Of a stretch of 64,000 nt of DNA, positions 32,606 through 42,778 are shown in pieces. Under the pieces are notes generated by a model, which made no database searches, was not told the origin of the DNA, and was given only the letters and a program-made list of their open reading frames with translations. Location: assembly GCA_050950505.1 (NCBI GenBank), contig JBMNHS010000001.1, positions 416,001 to 480,000 on the forward strand. The letters run 5' to 3'. Each line of letters begins with the position of its first letter. The stretch's first letter is position 1. The position numbers were made by a program, and so were the translations under genes. This DNA is from Candidatus Methanomethylophilaceae archaeon (GTDB lineage: Archaea > Thermoplasmatota > Thermoplasmata > Methanomassiliicoccales > Methanomethylophilaceae).

Positions 32606-32770
32606 TCAATAGGTCTCGAATTCTTCCTGAAGGTCGATAACAATCTGCTCAAGGACTTCTTCGAAATGAGGGCCTTTGTATTCCCTGGTTCCTCCGAAAT
32701 CACTCTGGATTCTGGCTATGAATTCACTGTTCTCCTTTATGAATTCCACGTTGCACAAAACTTCTTCCAT
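32606..32770 (-). CDS. 54-aa acidic hypothetical protein
   Basis: Missed by the ORF track; GAGGTGA SD; MEEVLCNVEFIKENSEFIARIQSDFGGTREYKGPHFEEVLEQIVIDLQEEFETY. Confidence 0.75.
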   Translation of the reverse strand: MEEVLCNVEFIKENSEFIARIQSDFGGTREYKGPHFEEVLEQIVIDLQEEFETY

Positions 32771-32982
32771 GGATGGTCACCTCTGGATAAATCTCGAATT
32801 GATATCCACTATATAGCGATGTCGGACAATTCACTTTGCCGTTACTCCGGATACGGTCGCGAAGTATACCGAAATGTTTAAAATACTAACCTATCTTTAA
32901 GGCATATCTAAGTCGTTATCGTTCAGCGATAGCGAGCAAGATATGCTGCGCCTGCTATTTTGGCGAAGGAAGGTTTAATCAC

Positions 32983-33195
32983 ATGACCGAGAGAGAATAT
33001 CCGGAAGAAGAAACCCAAGAGAAAAAATCCGGGCTCGGATTCAACAGATATTCGAGAATAATGAAAATGGCACGGACTCCCACCAGAGACGAGTACAAGA
33101 AGACTTTGGGCATCACAGCCTTGGGTATAATTCTTTTAGGCGCCATAGGATTTGCCATAATGTGGTTGATGACATACCTTCCGGCATATTTCTGA
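32983..33195 (+). CDS. secE: Protein translocase SecE/Sec61-gamma
   Basis: KMARTPTRDEY plus TM helix; upstream of spt5. Confidence 0.93.
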   Translation: MTEREYPEEETQEKKSGLGFNRYSRIMKMARTPTRDEYKKTLGITALGIILLGAIGFAIMWLMTYLPAYF

Positions 33196-33215
33196 GCTAA
33201 AGGAGCGAACAATAC

Positions 33216-34043
33216 ATGTCAGATCAGTACTCAGGTCCGTGCATTTCAGGCACGAACGACGTCAAGGAAGCCAAGGCAGGAGAGATAGTAAGTTGGAAGT
33301 TTACCGTTACCGGTGACGCAACAGCGGCAAAACTGTCTTTTTCCGAAGAAACCGGCCCGGAAGTCGAAACGGCACCGTACTGGGCGTTAACCGTGACAGA
33401 ATCCACGGGAAACGAGATATGGAACAGTTACGGATCCAAAGCCGGTGTCACCATAGACATTCCCGGAAAGAAGGACAAAGAACTGACGCTCAGCGCAGAA
33501 TGTCCCAAAGGTGCCAGATACGGGGATTTTGTCAAAGTCACCGTTGATGTGAACTGCGAAGGAATGGAAGATTCCATCCTGTTCGAGGCTTCCGCCAAAC
33601 AGTCCATCATGATTCTCAAAACTCAGATGGATCAGGAACGTTCCGTCGCCGACGCACTGGCGGCGAAAGCGAACATCGACGAGAAAGACATTTATGCGGT
33701 TTTGGCCCCGGGAGGACTCAGGGGATATGTGTTCGTCGAAGGCATGAACACCGACCGTCTCCGCGAGAAAACCCGTGACATACGCAAAGCGTACTCATTC
33801 ATTCCCGGCGAGACTTCGATGGATGAAATCGATCACTATCTCACACCGGTTTCCGCAGTCGTCGGAATATCCGAAGGGGACATAATCGAACTGGTCGAAG
33901 GACCCTTCAAGGGCGAAAAGGCCAGAGTGCAGCATATTGACGAAAGCAAAGAAGAAATCACAGTCGAACTCATAGAAGCCATGGTCCCGATACCGGTCAC
34001 GGTCAAGGGCGACAGCGTCAGAGTGTTGGATAAGGAGAGATGA
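33216..34043 (+). CDS. spt5: Transcription elongation factor Spt5 with N-terminal extension
   Basis: NGN domain (LRGYVFVE) and KOW (GPFKGEKA). Confidence 0.93.
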   Translation: MSDQYSGPCISGTNDVKEAKAGEIVSWKFTVTGDATAAKLSFSEETGPEVETAPYWALTVTESTGNEIWNSYGSKAGVTIDIPGKKDKELTLSAECPKGARYGDFVKVTVDVNCEGMEDSILFEASAKQSIMILKTQMDQERSVADALAAKANIDEKDIYAVLAPGGLRGYVFVEGMNTDRLREKTRDIRKAYSFIPGETSMDEIDHYLTPVSAVVGISEGDIIELVEGPFKGEKARVQHIDESKEEITVELIEAMVPIPVTVKGDSVRVLDKER

Positions 34044-34516
34044 AAGTGGTAGATATTGTTGAGGCATTGGTGGACGGGGGCAGAGCTTCCGCAGGACCGC
34101 CTCTCGGCCCCGCCCTGGGACCGAAAGGGGTCAACATCGGCCAGGTTATCGAAAAAATCAATGAAAGAACAAAAGCTTTTGACGGAATGAAAGTCCCTGT
34201 CAAAGTCATGATAAACGATGATAAGTCGTTTGAAATCAAAGTCGGTACACCCCCCGTTTCGGCTCTTATAAAATCCGAACTGGGAATCGACCTCGGCGCG
34301 GGAAACCCCAAAGCCGAAAAAGTCGGAGACCTCACTCTGGATCAGGCAAAGAAGATTGCGGACATGAAGCAGGACGATCTTCTGGGTGCGGATCTGAAAT
34401 CCCGTGTTTTGGAAATTGCGGGAAGCTGTGTCTCCATCGGCGTCAAGATTGACGGAAAGGCCCCCAAGATATTCCAAAAGGATGTCAGGGACGGTCTTTA
34501 CGACGATCGGTTCTAA
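34040..34516 (+). CDS. rpl11: 50S ribosomal protein L11
   Basis: GPPLGPALGP and GMKVPV. Confidence 0.97.
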   Translation: MKVVDIVEALVDGGRASAGPPLGPALGPKGVNIGQVIEKINERTKAFDGMKVPVKVMINDDKSFEIKVGTPPVSALIKSELGIDLGAGNPKAEKVGDLTLDQAKKIADMKQDDLLGADLKSRVLEIAGSCVSIGVKIDGKAPKIFQKDVRDGLYDDRF

Positions 34517-34523
34517 ACCCAAA

Positions 34524-34546
34524 ACGGGGACTTGATCCCCGTCTTT
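34524..34546 (+). terminator. Terminator hairpin after rpl11
   Basis: ACGGGGA-CTTGA-TCCCCGT followed by CTTT. Confidence 0.65.
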
Positions 34547-34572
34547 AAATTTTCATACGGGAGAGGGCAGCG

Positions 34573-36054
34573 GTGCTTGTACACAAGTATATGATGAAGG
34601 CGATTTCAAATATCGTCGCCGCCGTATCTTCTTTTGTGGCCCTCATGGTCATGACCCGGTACGTCAGTTATGAGTACGGGGTGATGATGTGGGGGTTCGC
34701 CTTCGTCGCGCTGTTCAATATTGTTACGGGATTGGGATTCGATACGGCCCACATAAAATTTATTGCCGAAGGTCGGAACCAAAACGATTGCTTTTCCACT
34801 TACACCATAATCAGATTATTACTGACTCTGCTTATGGTTATTTTTTCAATAGCCGCGGTGATTATAGGATTGCATAATGAAAGTATGGATGCCGAAGCCG
34901 CAAAAGTGGTCGCGGTGTTCATAACATCATATACGGTTTTGAATATCAGAACTATAATCACCACAACTTTCGATGCCCGATTGGAAAGCGGAAAAAGCTC
35001 AATAATAATCGTAGCAGAATCGATTGTGAGGTCTGTCTTGCTCATAATTTTGGCGTTGAAACAGGTTTCTGCGGACGTATTGAGTACATCATATCTCATC
35101 AGCACTGTTGTAACTATAATTCCTACATTGCTTTTTACCAAGAATGTCGGGTTGAAATTCACACGTCCAACGCTGTTCAAGGAATACGCAATCTTCGCCG
35201 CGCCTCTGATTCTATCATCTTTGGTGCTGGGTTCGGTTGACTCCTTGGACAAAGTGATAATAGGATTCAGCGGAACTCCGTTGGAAGTAAGTTATTATGC
35301 GGCGGCTATGGGCGCCGTGGTTGCCATGGTTTCGTTGGGCGTTTCGATGAACAACGTCATATTGCCGCAATTGTCCAGTCCTGAAATGATAAGTTCAAGA
35401 TCCAAAACAGAAAAGTTGGTATGGGCGTCTCAAAAATATTTGATGATGTTTTTGCTTCCCGTGACTGCGGTGTTGATTGTATACGGTGAAGAAATCGCTT
35501 CGGTACTGTTCGGTTCCGACTTTTCAAAAGCAGGAATAATATTGTCGATTTTATCCGTCATGATGACGTTGAAGATATTGTCCGGAGTTTTGTCTCAGGT
35601 ACTTTATGCCTCCAATAACGGAAGACTTTACACTCGGGCGTCAGTGGCATACGGGATTTCCGTTATTGTAATGTTTTTGTTGTTTATTCCCGCGTCGTCC
35701 CCCTTTCCGTGGACGGAGGGAATCGGTGCGGCGATAGCCGCAACATTGGGAAGTATATTTTACACAATTGTGTTGACATATTATGTAAAACGTTCCACGG
35801 GAGTTCGGGTGTACTCTGAGTTATGGAAACATTTACTGGCCACCGCAATCACAATTGCCGTTCTGGTGTTTGCATCCTGTTATTTCGGAGGTGTCGGGAT
35901 ACTGTGGGTCATCATCGTGTCTCTTCTGGGACTTGGCGTACATCTGGCGGTTCTGTATGCAACCGGAGAATTCAGAAAATCGGATGTGGTATTTTTCCTC
36001 AATGCGATAAATCCCAAACAGATTTACGAAAGCCTTGAAGACGAACTCCAATAA
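34573..36054 (+). CDS. Oligosaccharide flippase (Wzx/MOP family)
   Basis: About 14 hydrophobic segments, DKVIIG..YY and LPQLS motifs. Confidence 0.85.
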   Translation: MLVHKYMMKAISNIVAAVSSFVALMVMTRYVSYEYGVMMWGFAFVALFNIVTGLGFDTAHIKFIAEGRNQNDCFSTYTIIRLLLTLLMVIFSIAAVIIGLHNESMDAEAAKVVAVFITSYTVLNIRTIITTTFDARLESGKSSIIIVAESIVRSVLLIILALKQVSADVLSTSYLISTVVTIIPTLLFTKNVGLKFTRPTLFKEYAIFAAPLILSSLVLGSVDSLDKVIIGFSGTPLEVSYYAAAMGAVVAMVSLGVSMNNVILPQLSSPEMISSRSKTEKLVWASQKYLMMFLLPVTAVLIVYGEEIASVLFGSDFSKAGIILSILSVMMTLKILSGVLSQVLYASNNGRLYTRASVAYGISVIVMFLLFIPASSPFPWTEGIGAAIAATLGSIFYTIVLTYYVKRSTGVRVYSELWKHLLATAITIAVLVFASCYFGGVGILWVIIVSLLGLGVHLAVLYATGEFRKSDVVFFLNAINPKQIYESLEDELQ

Positions 36055-36096
36055 ATCAAGAAACCTTAAATAGGGGTCTTTGTTTAGTCGATGTTG

Positions 36097-36136
36097 CTTG
36101 TAGGAGGGTTTAATACCCGTTCGGACTACAAGGAGG
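36097..36136 (+). promoter_or_regulatory. Putative L1-binding autoregulatory leader hairpin overlapping the SD
   Basis: CTTGTAG-GA-GGGT-TTAAT-ACCC-GTTCGGA-CTACAAG is an asymmetric-loop stem like known L1 mRNA sites; TATA-like CTTAAATA at 36065. Confidence 0.7.
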
Positions 36137-36143
36137 AATTATA

Positions 36144-36782
36144 TTGGCAAAAGAACCAACCGTACAAGCTGTGCAGAAGGCACTCGAGGGTGCAAAGAAG
36201 CGCAATTTTGTCGAGACGGTTGAGTTGGCCATCAATCTTAAGGACATTGATCTTTCAATTCCCAAGAACCGTATTCAGGAAGATATCGTTCTTCCCTCCG
36301 GTCGCGGAAAAGATGTCAGAGTCTGTGTGATTGGTGGCGGCGAACTAGCCTTGAAAGCCAAAGACGTTGCCGATCTCGTGATTGCTTCCGAAGAAATAGG
36401 AACAATCGCGGACGACAAGAAGCAGGCTAAGAGGATTGTGAACGACATCGATTATTTTATTGCCGAAGCCCCCCTCATGGCGGAAATCGGTAAGAGACTC
36501 GGTACCGTTCTCGGTCCTCGCGGAAAGATGCCCAAACCCATTGCTCCGGGTACAGATCCGGAACCCATGATTGAGCAGCTTCGCAAGTCTGTGACTGTCA
36601 GGACGAGAGACAAAAAGACCTTCCATGCACCTGTTGGAACCGTTGAAATGTCGGCTGAAGACATCGCTGAAAACATCGATGTCATTCTCGGACGTGTTGA
36701 GAGCCACCTTGAAAAAGGAAAGCACAACATCGCGTCCGCCTACGTTAAGACATCCATGGGGCCCGCGGAGAAGGTGATGTGA
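36144..36782 (+). CDS. rpl1: 50S ribosomal protein L1
   Basis: KRNFVETVEL, LGPRGKMP and KTSMGP. Confidence 0.97.
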   Translation: MAKEPTVQAVQKALEGAKKRNFVETVELAINLKDIDLSIPKNRIQEDIVLPSGRGKDVRVCVIGGGELALKAKDVADLVIASEEIGTIADDKKQAKRIVNDIDYFIAEAPLMAEIGKRLGTVLGPRGKMPKPIAPGTDPEPMIEQLRKSVTVRTRDKKTFHAPVGTVEMSAEDIAENIDVILGRVESHLEKGKHNIASAYVKTSMGPAEKVM

Positions 36783-36792
36783 GGGATCGAGA

Positions 36793-37797
36793 ATGGCACA
36801 CGTCGCAACATGGAAGAAGGAACTGGTGAAGGATCTTGTAGATCAGATGCTTGAGAATCCCGTCATCGCAGTGGTCGATGTCGAAGGAATCGGAGGGCAA
36901 CAGATCCAGGGTATGAGGGCCAAGCTCAGAGGCGAGGCGTACCTTAAGATGGCGAAAAACAAGCTTATGCTGTTGGCCATCGAAGAGGCGGCCAAACAGA
37001 AGCCCGGGCTTGAAGGTCTCAAAGACGCGGTTTACGGACAGTGTGCTGTTGTGGCAACTGACAAAGACCCGTTCAAGCTGTTCAAACAGCTCAATGCGAC
37101 CATGACCGCCGCACCCGCGAAAGCGGGCCAGGAGGCACCTCACGACATAGTGGTTCCCAAGGGACCCACGCCGTTCGGACCCGGTCCGATCATCGGAGAA
37201 CTTCAAAAGATAGGTCTTCCCGCAGCCATCGAGTCCGGGAAGATAGTGGTCAAAAAGGATACGACGTTGGTCAAGGAAGGCGAAGCCATTTCCAGACCCG
37301 TCGCAGCAATGCTTCCCAAGCTCGGAATATTGCCCATGGTCGTAGGTATGGACTTAAGAGCCGCCTACGAAGACGGTGTGGTTTACGACAAGGGCACATT
37401 GGATATTCCGGCGGATCACTACAGCAATATGTTCGCTTCGGCAATCTATAACGCACGTGCACTGGCTATCGATATCGCCTGGCCTACGGACCAGACAATC
37501 GTCGCATTGATCACAAAGGCGTACAGAGAGGCAATGGCGCTCTCTATAGAAGCCGCAATCCCAACCAAAGACAGCATCGGAGCGCTCTTGGCAAGGGCGG
37601 AAGCACAAATGCTTTCCATAGCCTCTGCCGCAGGGTACCAGGATGAACGCATATCTTCAAAGATGGCGTCTGTGTCCGTACCCGTCGCAACGGAGCCGGA
37701 AAACACCGATGAGAAAAGGGACGAGAACGACGAAGAGATCAGCGAACAGGATGCCGAGGAAGATACGGCAGCCGCAATGTTCAGCTTATTCGGCTAA
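36793..37797 (+). CDS. rpl10: 50S ribosomal protein L10 (P0)
   Basis: [17 protein letters not shown] and acidic tail ending LFG. Confidence 0.97.
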   Translation: MAHVATWKKELVKDLVDQMLENPVIAVVDVEGIGGQQIQGMRAKLRGEAYLKMAKNKLMLLAIEEAAKQKPGLEGLKDAVYGQCAVVATDKDPFKLFKQLNATMTAAPAKAGQEAPHDIVVPKGPTPFGPGPIIGELQKIGLPAAIESGKIVVKKDTTLVKEGEAISRPVAAMLPKLGILPMVVGMDLRAAYEDGVVYDKGTLDIPADHYSNMFASAIYNARALAIDIAWPTDQTIVALITKAYREAMALSIEAAIPTKDSIGALLARAEAQMLSIASAAGYQDERISSKMASVSVPVATEPENTDEKRDENDEEISEQDAEEDTAAAMFSLFG

Positions 37798-37814
37798 ATA
37801 AGGAGATGAAGAAT

Positions 37815-38120
37815 ATGGAGTATATCTACAGCGCAATGATGCTCTACTCTGCAGAGAAGGAAATCACCGAGGAATCGTTGAATGCAATTCTCACCGCCGC
37901 AGGTGTGGAGCCCGATGCAGCCAAGATCAAAGCTCTGACCGCTTCTCTTGACGGGGTCGACATAGCAGAGGCAATCGCAAACGCCTCTGTCGCAGCAGCC
38001 GCACCCGCGGCCGCAGCAGCCCCCGCAGCCTCCGCAGCTACCGAACAGGTAGTTGAAGAGGAAGAAGAAGAGGTCAGCGAAGAAGAGGCCGCAGCAGGTC
38101 TCAGTGCCCTTTTCGGATGA
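37815..38120 (+). CDS. rpl12: 50S ribosomal protein L12 (P1)
   Basis: MEYIYSA, Ala hinge and [13 protein letters not shown]. Confidence 0.97.
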   Translation: MEYIYSAMMLYSAEKEITEESLNAILTAAGVEPDAAKIKALTASLDGVDIAEAIANASVAAAAPAAAAAPAASAATEQVVEEEEEEVSEEEAAAGLSALFG

Positions 38121-38196
38121 ACGGGTGCTGAATGCCGCATAATTAAACCTTTTACAACCAATTTCTTTATTTTATAGAAATGCATTACCGTGTGTC

Positions 38197-38556
38197 ATGG
38201 AACCTACGGAAAAAATCGCCGTGAGACTCACTCCCGAAATTGTGGTAGCTCTGAAAGTTCTGGTGGACCGGGGAGAGGTCGAATCCATGTCCGATGCCGT
38301 GCGCCAAGCCATGGAGGAATTCATTTTTTCAAGATTCACTCCCGAAGAACTTTCAATGATGGTTCCAGAAATATACGTCGAGTACAGCGATTCCGAGAAT
38401 CATGATGAAAGCAGCGTTGAAGCGATGAACCGAGCGATTCATGACGCGGTCACGGGATTCGTGCGTGCGAAAATGGAATCCAAGGATGAAGAACCTCAGG
38501 AAGAAGGCAAAACAAAATCCAAATCCGAACCGATGTCTGAATCCGAGGAAGACTGA
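38197..38556 (+). CDS. Ribbon-helix-helix (CopG/CdrS-like) protein
   Basis: KIAVRL..LVDRGEVESMSDAVRQA pattern. Confidence 0.75.
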   Translation: MEPTEKIAVRLTPEIVVALKVLVDRGEVESMSDAVRQAMEEFIFSRFTPEELSMMVPEIYVEYSDSENHDESSVEAMNRAIHDAVTGFVRAKMESKDEEPQEEGKTKSKSEPMSESEED

Positions 38557-39264
38557 TCAATCCTCTTTCGAATCATTCAACAGTTTTGCGGCTCTGCCGA
38601 TTACTCCCATGATTGTATGATATTCACATTTCGTGGGTATCGAACGTCCCATCATTTTTCTGAACATCACGGAAGTTCTGTGTTTTCTGTCGTTGTTGTA
38701 TTCCACGGCATCCAACAAATCGTCGAAAGCCTCGAAAAGACGTTCTTTCTCATGATTGTCAGCAGGTTCGGGATGCGTCAGGTGAACCGTGCCGGAAAGT
38801 TCGTACATTATGATGGTGGCGGCATGTGAAAGATTGATGATCGGATGTTCATCGGAAGTCGGAACGTTGACGAAGGCATCGCATCGGTCCAATTCGTCCT
38901 GATACAATCCTATGTCTTCCCGTCCGAAAATAATCGCCACGTTTTCGTCATAGTCCTTTATGTCTTCTGCCAGTTTGCTCGGACACAACGGAATGCGCGC
39001 AAAGTTGGTATCTCCTTTGGTGATTGCCCCGCTCGTGCCGACGGTAAGAAAACAGCCCTCAAGGGCATCATCGAGATTATCGAAGATTTTGGCATTTTCA
39101 AGTATGTGGAATCCGTGTTTGGCTCTTCTGTACGCATCATCCCCCAATTCGCAGGGATTTACCAAATACAGGTTTTCAAAATTGAAATTCGACATGGATC
39201 TGGCGACGGCTCCGACATTGCCTTCGAATTTGGGTCCGACCAACACTATCCTTATTTCGGGCAT
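38557..39264 (-). CDS. trmJ: TrmJ/LasT family SPOUT RNA methyltransferase
   Basis: GNVGAVARSM, FGREDIGL and INLSHA. Confidence 0.9.
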   Translation of the reverse strand: MPEIRIVLVGPKFEGNVGAVARSMSNFNFENLYLVNPCELGDDAYRRAKHGFHILENAKIFDNLDDALEGCFLTVGTSGAITKGDTNFARIPLCPSKLAEDIKDYDENVAIIFGREDIGLYQDELDRCDAFVNVPTSDEHPIINLSHAATIIMYELSGTVHLTHPEPADNHEKERLFEAFDDLLDAVEYNNDRKHRTSVMFRKMMGRSIPTKCEYHTIMGVIGRAAKLLNDSKED

Positions 39265-39337
39265 TCGTCTCTCCGTAGTTAGGGATTGTACTTAAACAAT
39301 AGTCCTTAAATCGGTGGTTGCACTTGCTGATTTCACA

Positions 39338-40084
39338 ATGACTGTACCCAGAGACCATCCCAGATACGAATCCCTCATGAGAAGGGAAAGGCTGAAAGAG
39401 ATGGTTGAAAGAGGAATCGTCGATCCCACGGGACTGATTTCCCATGGCAGAGGCGAAGCTTTTGATTATTTGATGAACGAGATGTCCGTCGGACCTGCCC
39501 TCAGGGCGGAGGAGGCCGCGGCCGCTTTTCTGCTGAATGCAAAAAATCCCGTGATTTGCGTAAACGGTAATGCAGCGGCATTGTGCCCGAAGGAAATAAC
39601 CGCGTTGGCAAAGGAAACGAACGCAAAGATAGAAGTCAACATATTCCACAGAACCGAAGAAAGAATGAATACCATCATCCGTTTCATGGAAGACGAAGGG
39701 GCGGAGAATGTTCTGGGACGGAATCCGGACGCGAAAATTCCCGGTCTGTCTTCGGACCGTGCCTTATGCACCGAAGAAGGTATTTTTGAAAGCGATGTAA
39801 TACTGGTTCCGATTGAAGACGGGGACCGTGCCGAAGCTTTGGTCAATATGGGGAAAGTCGTGATATCCATCGATCTGAATCCGATTTCCAGAACATCTAA
39901 AACCGCAATGGTATCCATATCCGATGACATAAGCCGTGCATTGGAGAACATCCGACGGTTCGCCGGTGACATGAAGGACGATTCGGAACGCATCGCTATA
40001 ATATTGGATGAATATGACAACTCACGGACAAGGCGGGAAACGATAGAAGTCATCTGCACCGCATTGAAGAATGAATTTCACTGA
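39338..40084 (+). CDS. pps: Phosphopantothenate synthetase (archaeal)
   Basis: HPRYESL, HGRGEAFDY, VNGN, EDGDR and DLNP. Confidence 0.93.
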   Translation: MTVPRDHPRYESLMRRERLKEMVERGIVDPTGLISHGRGEAFDYLMNEMSVGPALRAEEAAAAFLLNAKNPVICVNGNAAALCPKEITALAKETNAKIEVNIFHRTEERMNTIIRFMEDEGAENVLGRNPDAKIPGLSSDRALCTEEGIFESDVILVPIEDGDRAEALVNMGKVVISIDLNPISRTSKTAMVSISDDISRALENIRRFAGDMKDDSERIAIILDEYDNSRTRRETIEVICTALKNEFH

Positions 40085-40090
40085 AGAGGT

Positions 40091-41335
40091 ATGAGAATGG
40101 ACGAATTGGAAAAAGGAATACTGAGATTGCACTGGGCGGCAGAACATATGCCGGTCATGCAGGCATTGAGAAAACGTTTCATTGACGAGAAACCCCTGAA
40201 GGGTCTTAAAGTGGGAATGGCTTTGCACACTGAAGCCAAAACAGGCATACTGGCTATTGCTTTGGCGGAAGCCGGGGCCGAGATAAGATTGGCAAGCTGC
40301 AACCCCCTGTCCACTGACAACTCGGTGGCGAGGGCACTGAAGGAAGAGTATGGACTGAACGTGTACGCAAAAAAGGGAGAGACGCCCGAGGAATACTGCA
40401 CGAACCTGAACAGTGTTCTCAACATGGGACCCGACTACGTCATCGATGACGGTGCGGATCTGATTGCGATGCTGCACACCACAAGGAAGGACGTTCTCAA
40501 AAACATCAAAGGCGCCAACGAAGAAACCACCACGGGAGTGTTGAGGGTCACCGCGATGGAAGAAGAGGGAAAACTCATGTTCCCGGTCATGGCGGTCAAC
40601 GACGCGAAGATGAAGTATCTCTTTGACAACAGATACGGAACCGGACAGTCCACTTTTGAGGGATGGATGGTTGCCACGAATCTGATTATTGCGGGCAAGA
40701 ACCTGGTGGTCGGAGGTTACGGATGGTGCGGAAAGGGAGTGGCGATGAGGGCCAAAGGAATGGGCGCAATCGTCACCGTGACCGAAGTGGACCCAATCAA
40801 AGCCATCGAAGCCGTCATGGACGGGTTCCGGGTAACGAAGATGTCCGAAGCCGTAAAAACCGCGGATATCGTTCTTACCGTGACCGGATGCAACGACGTT
40901 CTTTCAGAGGAAGATTTCAAGAATATGAAAGACGGCTGCATCATGGGCAACGTGGGACATTTCGACAATGAAATCAATATCGAAGATCTGAGGGAAATGG
41001 CGGCATCCAGTCGCAGAGTGAGGGAACACATCACCGAGTACACCATGAAAGACGGACGTCGTCTCAATGTGATATCCGACGGCCGTCTGATGAATCTTGC
41101 GGCGGGACAGGGTCACCCTGCCGAAATCATGGATATGAGTTTTGCCGTTCAGGCACTGAGCATTGAATATCTTGTGAAACACCGCGACGGGATGGAAAAC
41201 AAAGTTTACTCCGTTCCCGGCGAAATAGACAGGATGATTGCGGAAACCAAGCTGAAAGTCATGGGAATAGAGACCGACGCGCTGACCGACAAACAGAAGA
41301 AGTATCTGGGCGGATGGGAGGCCGGAACTCAATGA
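40091..41335 (+). CDS. ahcY: Adenosylhomocysteinase
   Basis: SCNPLST, DDGAD, EETTTG, FDNRYGTGQS and GHPAEIMD. Confidence 0.97.
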   Translation: MRMDELEKGILRLHWAAEHMPVMQALRKRFIDEKPLKGLKVGMALHTEAKTGILAIALAEAGAEIRLASCNPLSTDNSVARALKEEYGLNVYAKKGETPEEYCTNLNSVLNMGPDYVIDDGADLIAMLHTTRKDVLKNIKGANEETTTGVLRVTAMEEEGKLMFPVMAVNDAKMKYLFDNRYGTGQSTFEGWMVATNLIIAGKNLVVGGYGWCGKGVAMRAKGMGAIVTVTEVDPIKAIEAVMDGFRVTKMSEAVKTADIVLTVTGCNDVLSEEDFKNMKDGCIMGNVGHFDNEINIEDLREMAASSRRVREHITEYTMKDGRRLNVISDGRLMNLAAGQGHPAEIMDMSFAVQALSIEYLVKHRDGMENKVYSVPGEIDRMIAETKLKVMGIETDALTDKQKKYLGGWEAGTQ

Positions 41336-42249
41336 AGCCTTTCCTCTCCGTTTACGGTCACGTCACCGTTGACAGCATCGTGACGGTAGAGGAGTTTCCC
41401 AGACTCAACACGACTGTTGACATAACCTCGAAGAAAACCTTCCTTGGGGGCACCGGTGCAAACATAGCCATAAACGCCGCCAAACTGGGAGTGCCCACCG
41501 CGCTCTGCGCCCTGGTGGGCAAAGATCTTCCCTCGGAACTCTACGATACGATAAAAGATTCCGGAGTGATAATGGACGAATTCATTTTTGTCGAAGGCTG
41601 GGACACGTCCACCGCAATAGTCGTCAATGATTCCAAACTTGATCAGAAAGTCCTGTTCTTCCAAGGTCCTCAGGGATATGCCACGGAAATAGGAATAGAG
41701 ATGACCGGAATGGCTTCTCAGTCGGATTACGTCCATTTCTGTACCGGCGAACCGAAATACTATGTTTCGTTGATGGTGAAAATCAAAAGCCCCGGCAGGA
41801 AAATCGCCATAGATCCGGCTCAGGAAGTTTACCGTCTGTGGAACAACGGGAATCTTTCCGAAGCCATGAATCATTCCGATTATGTTTTCGCCAACAGGTA
41901 TGAAGCGGAATCCATTGTGAAACATCTCAATCTGAATTCTTACGGCGACATGGGAAAAGAACTTGCGGTCTGTACCAAAGGAAATGAAGGAAGCGTTGCA
42001 TACATCAACGGCAAAGAGGTGCAAATACCACCGATTATCGGCAACAAAGCCGTGGATGCCACCGGAGCGGGGGATTCCTACCGCGCAGGGTTTTACGCGG
42101 GGCTGTACAGAGGGATGAGCCAGGAAGAATCTCTGATCATCGCTTCGTCCGTTGCATCCTTCACCGTTGAAAAAAGCGGAGCTCTGTCCAACATACCCAC
42201 ATGGGAACAGGCATACGAAAGAGCCAAAGAACATCTTCCGAAGGCCTGA
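41332..42249 (+). CDS. PfkB family carbohydrate/nucleoside kinase
   Basis: GGTGANIA and DATGAGD. Confidence 0.92.
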   Translation: MKPFLSVYGHVTVDSIVTVEEFPRLNTTVDITSKKTFLGGTGANIAINAAKLGVPTALCALVGKDLPSELYDTIKDSGVIMDEFIFVEGWDTSTAIVVNDSKLDQKVLFFQGPQGYATEIGIEMTGMASQSDYVHFCTGEPKYYVSLMVKIKSPGRKIAIDPAQEVYRLWNNGNLSEAMNHSDYVFANRYEAESIVKHLNLNSYGDMGKELAVCTKGNEGSVAYINGKEVQIPPIIGNKAVDATGAGDSYRAGFYAGLYRGMSQEESLIIASSVASFTVEKSGALSNIPTWEQAYERAKEHLPKA

Positions 42250-42250
42250 C

Positions 42251-42778
42251 ATGTTGACGGCAGTGACGGGAACGCCGGGAACCGGGAAAACCGAACTTGG
42301 AAAAAAACTCTCCGAATCGGGAAGAAACGTAATTTTTCTTAACGATTTCATAAAAGAAAACAATCTGCTCGATGAGTACGACGAAGTGGCGGATTCTTAC
42401 GACGTCGACACGGACGAATTGAATCTGGCACTGAAAGAATATCAAAACGACGATGTTTTGTATTACGTCGAGGGACATCTGTCCCATTTCGTGAAATCTT
42501 CGAAGATAATCGTTATGAGATGCAATCCCGAAGTTCTTGCGGGGCGTCTTAAAAAAAGGAATTATTCCGAAGAAAAAATCAGAGAAAACGTTCAGGCGGA
42601 GATTCTTGACGTAATACTCTGTGAATCCGTATCTTCCGACATATCCGTTTATGAACTAGACAGCACATCACAACCCGTCGGCGAGCTGGTTGAATCCGTC
42701 ATAAAGATTGAAAACAATCAGGGGGATTACAGACCCGGAAAAGTCGATTGGACAGGGAGTATGGAAGAATGGTTCTAG
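42251..42778 (+). CDS. Adenylate kinase, AK6/Fap7-like
   Basis: GTPGTGKT, EGHLSH and KIRENVQAE. Confidence 0.9.
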   Translation: MLTAVTGTPGTGKTELGKKLSESGRNVIFLNDFIKENNLLDEYDEVADSYDVDTDELNLALKEYQNDDVLYYVEGHLSHFVKSSKIIVMRCNPEVLAGRLKKRNYSEEKIRENVQAEILDVILCESVSSDISVYELDSTSQPVGELVESVIKIENNQGDYRPGKVDWTGSMEEWF

